Of a stretch of DNA of 36,552 bases, positions 16,902 to 26,058 are shown piece by piece; positions within the stretch are counted from its first letter, which is position 1, and each line of letters starts with the position of its first letter. Both the position numbers and the translations under genes were made by a program. The DNA comes from Saprolegnia diclina VS20. Taxonomy: Eukaryota. The stretch covers positions 191,279-227,830 of the forward strand of contig NW_008246082.1 of assembly GCF_000281045.1 (NCBI RefSeq), read 5' to 3'. The notes below the pieces were generated by a model that was not told the origin of the DNA, ran no database searches, and saw nothing but the letters and a program-made list of their open reading frames with translations.

Positions 16902-18520
16902 TTAGAGCTCATCTTTCGCCGCCGTCGGGCTCTTTGCGTTCGAAACGGGTGCAGTTGGCGGCGCGTCGTCAGTGGCGTCCTCGTCGACATCGTCGACGTC
17001 TGGCACACAGTGGATCGTCTGGGAGAGCTCGGCACGGCGCCGGTCTTCCTTGGCAAAGTGCGGGTGGGCGCACACCTACAAATAATCTTAGGGTGCAATA
17101 AGATACCCGAACCTACCGCCGGCGCCGCGACCTTGATCATGTAGTTGCACGTCGAGGTTTCCTGGATGCTAATGATGTACGGAGGCTGCGTCTTGAGCGT
17201 CGGGCAAAAGAGCAAGAGGCGCGTCATCCTAAAAGCGACGTCATGCGCCTTGTGCAACCAATCAGTGACGGGCGTACCGCGTGCGATCCACGGCGTCGCA
17301 CGGCGTGCCGCTGTCGTAGATCTCTTCGTACGCCGGCTGCTCCTTGTCGTGCGTCCCGTCCATAAACTCGGAGAGAATGGCCTTGTGGTTGGCCTGGAGG
17401 GCATCGTTGGCCGCCGCGCTCCACTGCCTACTCGGCGGCTCAGCGATTTTGGTTTTCAAGCATCGGTCGTACCCGAGCGAGAACTCGGCCGTGATTTCGC
17501 CCGTCTGTTCACGATGGAACTGGCTAATCTTGTTGCCAAAGCAAACTTCGTACGTCCACCACCCTACGTTGTGTACTTGAATACGGTCCAATCTATCCAG
17601 AGAGTATCCGATGGATAGATAGATACCTTCGGTGCGCTTGATGCACGTGTTGGAGGTCGTGAGTGGCTTGAGAAAGTGGTCGACGCTCAAGTCCAGCGCG
17701 CTCTCAGCGTACTTGTCCAAGCAAAACGAGCGTGAGCCCAAGAGAAAAGCGGTGAGTGGCGACGACGGCGTTGGCGCGTGGATGCCCAGAAACGCAAGCG
17801 CAGGCGTATCCGAGCACGCGAACTGCACGGCAATGTTTGGCCCAAAGTACTGCGTGTAGAGAAGCGTCTCGGGCGTGAATTGCGCCTACATGGTCGCTGG
17901 ACGGGGAGTGAGATGAGCTTAAAAAGGTACCTCGGGGGACTTGGGCGACGGCTTGATGCGCGTGTACTCGGCCAGCGGCTTGAGATCCGCATCCGACGTG
18001 TAGTCGGCGACCTTGGCGCGCGACGCGGGGTCGGCATGTTGGGTTTCGTCGACGAGGTCTGCCCGATGAATCGACTAGACGCGTGTCATAGCCATCCACC
18101 CATCTGCAAGGCGTATCGTACCTTGGAGTGACACACCTCGAAGAGCGTGTGCGATTTCACGTGGGCGTGCGTGAGGCACTTGGGGCGGAGCTTCTCGGCG
18201 ATCTCGCGACCGATCTCGACGCGCGTCTGCTTGACGTCTGTCGTAGGGTCGTGCTCTTCGCTCGAGACCGTGGGCACATAGCACACATATCGCTTCCCGT
18301 TGCTGGCCGTCATGGGCATCGGCTCTCCAGGCAGCGTCGAGACTCCAGGCGCATCGTCGAACGGACTCTTCGTGTTGACTTGGCGAAGCGCTTCGGCCTC
18401 GCTTCCGTGGAGGCGGACCACATACGACGAGTCAGCCATGACCATGGACGCATCGTGGGCAGAAGAGGCGGCGGCGAAGATGACAGCGACAAGCCATCGA
18501 CCGACAATCGCAGGCTTCAT
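16902..18520 (-). CDS. OS-9/ERLEC1 (XTP3-B)-like ER lectin with signal peptide, MRH domain(s) and C-terminal KDEL
   Basis: Hydrophobic N-terminus; NGKRYVCYVP; CIKRTEG|WWTYEVCFGNKISQFH; SGTPCD; IISIQETSTCNY. The last exon ends ...SPTAAKDEL* (TAA 16902-16904). Confidence 0.85.
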
Positions 18521-18873
18521 GGTGCTCTCAAGTGTTCGAGCCAAATGTCACCTCCGCTTGGAGCACACACATTGGTTCAAAACAAGAATAGTTTTGACCA
18601 ATCACCGGGACTGCATTAGACACCTCAGATTTGTCAAAAATCAGTGCTTATTTTAACCAATCATCTGTCAGCACAGAGGCATAAGATACGCGTCGTTGAG
18701 GCCACGCACCAGATTCAATCTCACGCTAAAGAGCCCATGGTGGATCATTGTGGTACTATGGACTAACGTTAGCGTTTCGATGGCCCATCTTGTCGTGTTG
18801 ACAATGGCTCGGGCCTTGCACAATATAGGATGGTGGAGCTAGATTGATGTAGGGTACTACTGCTGCGTTTTGA

Positions 18874-20260
18874 CTAGTGGTGCTCCTTGTAGTATATCGA
18901 GTGGATGTTCATCGACGGGTGAGTCTCGCGCAGGTGCGTCTTTTCCGGAATCGTCGGCGGGTAGTGCTCCACGCGGCCACCATTGATGACGTTATAGGGT
19001 CGTCCAGCCTGACCTTCGTTGCGCAGGTGCTGGGCCCTACGCCCGAGCCATGTTCCCTTCGATGAAACACGAAGACGAATGACGCACCGCTCGGGATACC
19101 ACACGGGTGGCGTCTCGTTAAAGAGCCTGCCATACGTATCCAACTGCGACCCTGGAAACTTGATGCGTTCTTGGCAGACTTTTGTCACGTGCGCGGGCTT
19201 GACCGAGTCGTCTTGCGTCAAGTACGAGTAGCCGAGCTTGGGTATTGACGTGGTTTTGCTACACGCAGCGCCGTCGATACAAACTCATTACTGTGGCAGG
19301 TACCAGCGCAAATTGGTCTCGCGCGCATTGCGCTGCCGCTGTTCATGCTGCTGCTGGCGGTCGAGAAGACTCGCCGATGCGCCGTAGATTTGCGTGTCTG
19401 TCCCATCGTGATCCTGTCTCAATGCGTCGTCAACCTCGCTAGCGTACCGGGATTGGACGGTCCATCGAGGCCCATGACACCTCCGGGGTACTGGTGTCGC
19501 CTACGAGCCTAGCTTACAGACAATTCTTCTTCAAAGAGCTCGTACATGAGCTGCACGAGGCGGCGCTCTTTCATGCCTGCGCGCTTCTGCAGCGCCGCTG
19601 CCTTCTCGGACGCGGTCGTAAACTGCTGGCGTTCGCGGCGCTGAGCGGGCGTCATGATACCTTCTTGCAGCGTCGCCGAGGCCACGTGGTTGTAGCCTAA
19701 AGTCGCGGCTGCCACCGTTGCATTATTTTGCACCGACTCGGGGCGCAAGACGACCAAATTCTAGCATCCATCATCGCTTTCACTTCGAGTACAAATCGTC
19801 ATTTTTGTACTTTGCCAGCCTGGGCTGCGCCGGCGCGCGCGACAATGTTTTCTTCCAGAGATCTACCAAATTGAGAGTCAACACACTCTTGCTTGGACTA
19901 GACTGTACTACCGAATGTGCAATCTCGGGTCGAACGCGGGTTTCGTGCCAAGCACCGTCGTGTGGATGCTGTCGTTCTCCAAGACGATCACCTTCCCACG
20001 CGTGTCCAGCCTAGAGAAAATGCTTGAGAATGAGTAGCAAGAGTTGATGCGTACCGCGCAAACGGTGTCACGTTGCAGTTCTCGCCATTCCACGAGCGCT
20101 GGACGAGGCCCGTGTGCGTTGCCGGCCGGTTCTACGCGCAGCTCGATGAAGCGTCTCTTAACCGCTACCGTACGCGGCTCTCTTCGTTGAACGTTGACGG
20201 CGAGTCCAAGAACCGGTTGAGCCGCGTTGGGTCCGTCGCCTTGGCCTTCGTCGGTCGCAT
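18874..20260 (-). CDS. Hypothetical multi-exon protein (possibly cilia-associated; unproven)
   Basis: Phase-compatible GT-AG splicing links MRPTKAKATDPTRLNRF... through NLVVLRPESVQ..., RHQYPGGVMGLDGP and ...HLRNEGQAGRPYNVINGG...YYKEHH*. The last junction was not fully resolved. Confidence 0.7.
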
Positions 20261-20482
20261 CGCTTGCTAGTTGTGTGTCCTATTTCTGTCCCGCGTTCTC
20301 ATTGGCGCGATTCGACCAATCAGACGCCTCGATTTTGATGGACAACCATCCGGAAACATACGTGGCACGCTGACGTGTCAGGATGCGCGTCCGAGCATTT
20401 CTGATGCCAAGACAACACATCTTCGAATGAAAATTGCATTTGATTGAGAAGTGGAATGCACCATGACGGCTCTTTTTTTCTT

Positions 20483-23400
20483 CTACTGGATCGAGCAACC
20501 GCTTGTCGACTCGTCGTGCTTGGCCTGCCGAGCAGCCTCTTGGGCTGCCATCATCGCCGCGTGCTCTTGCGCGCGGGCGTTCCGGTACATGCGTTCTTCG
20601 TACTCGCGTTGCGCGCGATACTGCTGCTCCATCACGGCATTGTACACATCGCGCTGACGGGCTTGTTCTCGAAGCGCAAGCTCGCGAGCACGGGCATCTT
20701 CCCATGCATGCAAGCGGGCTCGGTACGCACGCTCTTCTTCGACCCGGGCTGCGCGGGCCACTGCATCGGCTTGCACGTTGGCGCGGTGGGCCGCCGCAGC
20801 TTCAGCCATCATGATCTCGTACTGGACGCACACGTCATCGTCGCTGTCATAGTCGTCGTCGTCGTCATTGTCGTCGGCATTACTGTCATAGTCGCTGTCA
20901 TTGGCGTGCTCGGCCTTGACCATGGCCGTCGCACGCATGGGCGGCGCGCCCGCAACCGCACCGAGACGGACGCAGTGCTCCAAGAAGGGGGCCCACGTCT
21001 GGCTTGTTTCCAGGATGTTGGGGTTGCCGACAACGATGAGGAGGGCTTTCGCCCGCGTGATCGCGACGTTGAAGCGCTTGGGGTGCGACACGAACCCGAG
21101 GCGAAACTTGGCGTCGTCAGCAAAAAACTCGGTCGAGCTGCGCACGGTCGAGACGAGGATGACGCGGCGCTCGCCGCCTTGAAACTGCTCGACAGACCCG
21201 ACTTGGACACCATCGAGCTTGTGCTTTTGGAGCGCCATCTGGATCTTCTGGCGCTGCTTGGCGTACGGCGTAATGACGCCAATCTCATCGAGGCGCAGGC
21301 CAGGATACGATTTCAGCGATTGAATGTACGTCAGCACAGCGTGGAGCTCAAACAAGTTGTACCACGACGGCGAGTCGGCGTCTTGCATCTCGGCGCCCGT
21401 GATGCCGTGGAAGAGGATCGGCGCCGCCGCGTTCGGGAGGCTCGGCCACGCCAGCATGTTGTGCGATGCGCTCTTTGGTGCGTGCGGCGTGAGCTCGCCG
21501 TCGTAAAAGAGCGCGTTGGGGACCGTCAGAATGGCTTCGTGGGACCGATAATTGCGCAGCAGCTTGGTCTTGTGGGACGTCGCGTACAACTCACGCTGCA
21601 TGAGCCGCTCCATGAGCGACATGCTAAGGCCATGCTTGGCGGCCACGTCCGACTTGATGACGGGCCCGAGCTGCATCGGGTCCCCCGCAAGAACCACGGC
21701 AGTCCCCGTCAGCGCCAGCGGACCCAGCACCGTGATAACCTCGGGCTCGGACGCCTGCGCCGCCTCGTCGATCGCAATGAGGCTAAAATATCCGCGGGTG
21801 ACACCGAGGTTGTAGAGCTTGGCGCCCGACCCGATTGTCGAGACAATGACAGAGACCGCCTTGACATCGCTCAGCGTCACAGGCGTAAACCCGCCTTCGC
21901 CGTTGGTCTTGGTAAAGGGAAGTACGGCATCTGGCGTGCCTTTGACGCGGCGGCTAAAGGCCATCGCACGCAACAGCTTGGCGGGCGTCAGCTGCGGCGC
22001 AAGGCGCTCGACGACATTGTCGGCCGCCGCGTTCGAAGGTGCGCACACGAGGATCTTGGCGTCCGGCTTGGCTCGGAGCAGCTGCACAATCGTCTCGACG
22101 AGCGTCACAGTTTTACCCGTGCCGGGCGGCCCAAATAGCAAGTAGGGCGCCTTGACCTTGGCCGACGAGACGACGTGATCGAGAACATCGTCGACGACCT
22201 TGCGCTGCTCGGGGTTGATCGGGCGCGTTGGCTGGAGCGATCGCTGGGATCGAACGGCGTTTGGCACTGCTGGCGACGGGAAAAGCAGCATTTCGTGCAT
22301 CGCCAGCGAGATATTAGCGAGGCCTTGGTGCATCTCGCGCATCGGCGTCCGCGACATGATGAAGCGCACGTTAAAGGCCGCGCCCGCTTGGTACGCGCTT
22401 CGAAACGACGTTGGCGTCGCAATGTAAATCGCATCGAGACGCACGTCACTCACGGTGCCCTGGAACGTCTTGGCGCCGCGCGAGAGCCACACTTTGTCGC
22501 CCGTCATGAGCGACGGTCGGCCTTCGGCGAGACCAGGCACAGCGAGCTCGTAGAGATCCGGTGTCTTGAACTTGAGGCGCGCACCGTCCATGTCAAACTC
22601 GGCCTGCTGCCGGAGGTGCTCGAGCTCTTCGTGGTACAGCAGGTGCCGCAGTCGCACTTGGTAGTTGACGAGACTCAACGGGCCGTCAAAATCCACAGCC
22701 GGCAGCGGTGATGGGACCGGATACGACGCCAACGGCACATTGCGTTTGGATTTTGTGCTCTTGGCCGAGTGCTTGTCACCACCGTTCGGCGGTACGAAGT
22801 GGAGATTGGCGCGCTGCTTGCGTCGTTGGCGCTTGACGGGGGCGGCCGCGATCGCAGCACGTGTCTCTGCGTCCATACTCGCATCGATGGCGTTGACGCC
22901 TTCGACGACACGGCCAATGAAAACGACGGTGCCTTGACGCGTCACAAACTCAAACGCGAGGATCGTCTTGTATTGGCCGGGCACTTTAGGCGAAAAGTGG
23001 CATGGAATGCTGAGCTCTGTGTTGGGTGCAAAGACAATATTGGTGCCGATTTTCGGGCCAAACTTGAAGGGCGTACTACCCTTGGACGTCGCGACTTGGA
23101 AGACCCGGCGCAGCGTGATCGACTCGGTTGCGCGGTTCGTTACCTTGTAAAACTGAGTCGCTGACGTCTTGGTCTCGACAACATTACGAAAGGCACCGTC
23201 GTCCGTGATCTCGACGCCATACTTGTCGGCGGTAAACTTGGCGCCGTAGAGCTTGAAGAGCTTGGCCGGCGACGGGTCGTCGGCGGGTGAGGCCGCCTGA
23301 TTGCCGACAAAGAAATCGCCGTCGGTGCAGCGAATCGGGGGCGTCGCCGACGCGCCGTGGGCCTTGACAAAGCCGGACGCGTTGCCGCCGTTCGCGAATA

Positions 23401-24841
23401 TGACCGCGCTGATACCCGGGTACTCCTTGTAGAGGACCCCAAGGTGCGACCCCGGGATGCGACCGCCGTTCTCAGCAATAAAACCACCGAGGATCTTGAG
23501 CACCGATGCGACGGTCAGCGGCTTGGTGCCGTCTTCGACCCACGCAACGTCACCGTCGACTAGAATGGGCGGGGACGCCTGTGGCCCGTGCTTTCGGAGG
23601 AACGTTGAAATCGACGGCTTGAAGACGCCCTTGTCGTTCGGGTGCTTGGTGTAGTAGTCACCCATCTTGGTGAGTGGCAACTTTCCGCCGAGACTCACAA
23701 TGTACTTGCCGAGACGTCGCATCGCGTCGTGGGCACCTTGGGGTACAGCACCGAGCTGCGCCCGAGCGAGCGACTTTGAGAGCACGTCGTTGTACATATC
23801 GGTGGTCATGAGGCTCTTCATGCGGGCGTAGGCAGCCGGAAGATGCTTGACGTCCTGCGCAGCGTAGTCGAGGCGCTGGGCTTCGATCGGGCGGCGGTCC
23901 CAGAGACCAAAACCGTGCTGCACCGAGTCTTTCTGTGTGTTGATCGCGCCGGCGTACTGGTGTAAAATCTTGTTGAGGCCCATGAGCGTGTTGGGACTGC
24001 TCGTCAGCACTTGATGCGCGACTTGCGTGTCAAAGAGGTTGGTCAAACGGAGGTTAAACTGCCCCGCGAGACCCATGTAGTCGTGACGCGCATCGTGCAA
24101 GACAGCAAGCTTGGACGTGAGCACGGCGACGATCTCGGGCTCGCGCAAGATGGCCGGGCACGTGTAGACGTCGAGAATGTAGACGCAGTCCGACCGGCAC
24201 GAGACCTGGAGCAGCGACATCTTACCAGTGGCCTCCAAGTCACCTTCGAGGTCCATGAAGAGCACGTCCAACTGCTTGAGGACCGCGAAGGCTTGTTTGG
24301 CGCCTTGCACAGTCGTAATGTACTTGTATGGAGCTGGTGGTACCGCAGCCGCTGGCGGAGTGGTTGTCGGCGGCGGCGACACTGCTTGTCGGGTCCATGT
24401 GATGTCGAGCAGCTTCTTGCCCCCAACGATTGCGAGCTGGAATTGGTCCAGACACCCGTGTATCTCAATGAATTCGGTGCACGAAGCAATCTTCGTCGTC
24501 GTCCACATAAAACCGTACGCACGGTGAGCCTGACGGAAGACACCCAAGAAGCACCCGATGTCTGTTGTGGCGCGGTTCAGCGACGCCTCGCCGAGTGCTT
24601 TGATGGCTTCAGACGTCGCAGCAAATTGAATCGCATGCGCGGCCACGGCGAGTGGGTAGGCTGCAGACGCCCCATGAGCTGCAATGAAGGCTTCGACGCC
24701 ACCGGCGGCTGTGACAGTGACCTTGTGCTTTTTGCGCGGCTTGGTCGACGAGTAGAACGCCTCGATGTTTGCCACGCGCACGTAGCCGTGGTGCGCTCGT
24801 ACGTAGTCGCACAGAGCATCCACACATGCCTTGGCGGCCAT
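20483..24841 (-). CDS. Fusion protein (~1452 aa): winged-helix-like repeats, Egalitarian/EXD1-like DEDDy 3'-5' exonuclease, MOV10/SDE3-family SF1 RNA helicase, CaaX
   Basis: Intronless ORF. Exonuclease motifs MDLEG, HDARHD, FDTQVAH, W..RP and YAAQD. MOV10-type VPGLAEGRPSL..GD. Helicase motifs GPPGTGKT, CAPSNAAAD, IDEAAQ, LAGDPMQLGP, LLRNYRSH, GSVEQFQGGER and RFNVAITRAK. Ends CSIQ*. The first ATG is at 24841, supported by an upstream Inr. Confidence 0.92.
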   Translation of the reverse strand: MAAKACVDALCDYVRAHHGYVRVANIEAFYSSTKPRKKHKVTVTAAGGVEAFIAAHGASAAYPLAVAAHAIQFAATSEAIKALGEASLNRATTDIGCFLGVFRQAHRAYGFMWTTTKIASCTEFIEIHGCLDQFQLAIVGGKKLLDITWTRQAVSPPPTTTPPAAAVPPAPYKYITTVQGAKQAFAVLKQLDVLFMDLEGDLEATGKMSLLQVSCRSDCVYILDVYTCPAILREPEIVAVLTSKLAVLHDARHDYMGLAGQFNLRLTNLFDTQVAHQVLTSSPNTLMGLNKILHQYAGAINTQKDSVQHGFGLWDRRPIEAQRLDYAAQDVKHLPAAYARMKSLMTTDMYNDVLSKSLARAQLGAVPQGAHDAMRRLGKYIVSLGGKLPLTKMGDYYTKHPNDKGVFKPSISTFLRKHGPQASPPILVDGDVAWVEDGTKPLTVASVLKILGGFIAENGGRIPGSHLGVLYKEYPGISAVIFANGGNASGFVKAHGASATPPIRCTDGDFFVGNQAASPADDPSPAKLFKLYGAKFTADKYGVEITDDGAFRNVVETKTSATQFYKVTNRATESITLRRVFQVATSKGSTPFKFGPKIGTNIVFAPNTELSIPCHFSPKVPGQYKTILAFEFVTRQGTVVFIGRVVEGVNAIDASMDAETRAAIAAAPVKRQRRKQRANLHFVPPNGGDKHSAKSTKSKRNVPLASYPVPSPLPAVDFDGPLSLVNYQVRLRHLLYHEELEHLRQQAEFDMDGARLKFKTPDLYELAVPGLAEGRPSLMTGDKVWLSRGAKTFQGTVSDVRLDAIYIATPTSFRSAYQAGAAFNVRFIMSRTPMREMHQGLANISLAMHEMLLFPSPAVPNAVRSQRSLQPTRPINPEQRKVVDDVLDHVVSSAKVKAPYLLFGPPGTGKTVTLVETIVQLLRAKPDAKILVCAPSNAAADNVVERLAPQLTPAKLLRAMAFSRRVKGTPDAVLPFTKTNGEGGFTPVTLSDVKAVSVIVSTIGSGAKLYNLGVTRGYFSLIAIDEAAQASEPEVITVLGPLALTGTAVVLAGDPMQLGPVIKSDVAAKHGLSMSLMERLMQRELYATSHKTKLLRNYRSHEAILTVPNALFYDGELTPHAPKSASHNMLAWPSLPNAAAPILFHGITGAEMQDADSPSWYNLFELHAVLTYIQSLKSYPGLRLDEIGVITPYAKQRQKIQMALQKHKLDGVQVGSVEQFQGGERRVILVSTVRSSTEFFADDAKFRLGFVSHPKRFNVAITRAKALLIVVGNPNILETSQTWAPFLEHCVRLGAVAGAPPMRATAMVKAEHANDSDYDSNADDNDDDDDYDSDDDVCVQYEIMMAEAAAAHRANVQADAVARAARVEEERAYRARLHAWEDARARELALREQARQRDVYNAVMEQQYRAQREYEERMYRNARAQEHAAMMAAQEAARQAKHDESTSGCSIQ

Positions 24842-24859
24842 GCTCGCACAATGGTCAGG

Positions 24860-24874
24860 CAAGTGCAAAGTGGC
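24860..24874 (-). promoter_or_regulatory. Inr/FPR-like core promoter of the exonuclease-helicase gene
   Basis: Minus strand reads GCCACTTTGCACTTG about 20-33 nt upstream of the ATG. The 11-mer GCCACTTTGCA is identical to that at 276-286. Confidence 0.5.
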
Positions 24875-26058
24875 GACATCCAATCCAGCGTCCAATCGGA
24901 ACAGCAACGTACCGTACTACAGAGTACATTAAATGACTATGATTTGTATTGAATAGCGTACGAACGAATAGCGTACGTGTACATCGTACAATAAGTGACG
25001 CAGCCATTTGATTCGTCGTCATTGACGTTTCCCCAACCCCGTTCGTGTAGACTGGTCGGCCAACGGCTCCCTAGCTGCAGACTGGAAATGCTTGCAAGAA
25101 GAGAACAGCAAGGCGGTACTCTCGCAGGTTCCTGGTCTAGCTGACCTTTCGCTACCAATTTGATACGACGGGATCACTAATATCAACTTCAACGATCCAA
25201 CCGATCATCGCCATACAAAGATACCACTATTTCCAAGAGACACCCTGCAACTTGCAAGCGAGCGAGAGTACCATGCGAATACCACGCTCGCGCCGGCTAC
25301 CATAGATATATGAACGTGTTTCGCGTTATCTTCATAATTACACAAAGACTTCGCATACGTAGAGACTAGCAATCTCCTTCTTCTTCATTGGGTCGCCGGT
25401 CCGTGGCTGCGCAGGCGGCGGGCGCCGGCTACCATATATCTGGGGGATGTTAACACAGTGATTTGTGTCTCGTGCCCTCCCTCTGGGACACCACGACGGG
25501 CCATGAGCGCATTTGTAGAGCTTCTCGTGGCCATTCACCGCAGCATATTTCACAATTTAAAAAGAACCTTTTCGAGGCCCAATTCAAAGCCAACATCGCA
25601 TCAGATATCGAGTGAAGCATCGTAATGTGCACAAGCAAGATTTTCGTTTGCGCACTATGGACTAATCGTATAAAGTCTCACAGTGTGTGACAGCAACCGA
25701 AGTCCGCCACGTCATTGGCGACAAATTCTCTGCGTACTGCACCGCACGACCTCCCTCTTGACTACAGTACAGTGTTCGCGCATTAATATTTTCTGCATCG
25801 AGTTCGCACTTGGCAATTGAGTCGCTCGGGCGTCCGGTCGACTGGCCGTCGAAAATGTCCAAACCTTAACGCACGTTGCCATCGTGACCAACCTTGCGCT
25901 ATAGCACACTTGTTTTGAAAGCGTCGAGCATGCATCATCCTGCAGCAAAGAGGCGCCGAGGGGCGTCTCCTTTGCGCCGCGCACCTTGTGGATGGTCGCG
26001 TCATCCCAAGACGTTCGCGAGAGTTATGCATTTTCAGAGGTATTTCAGCCACGTCAAC

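Noticed and set aside
20444..22138. 564-aa plus-strand ORF (similarly 24011-24952, 8762-9823, 14582-15667, 33451-34449)
   Set aside because: These are antisense shadows of GC3-rich real genes, with no recognisable motifs and Arg/Val/His-skewed composition.
24842..24907. Longer N-terminus of the helicase ORF (1474 aa)
   Set aside because: It depends on a non-ATG start and spans the Inr-like element, so the ATG at 24841 is preferred.
25000..25900. Possible ankyrin remnant (YAAVNGH) and short ORFs
   Set aside because: A single short motif, with no coherent frame or splice structure.
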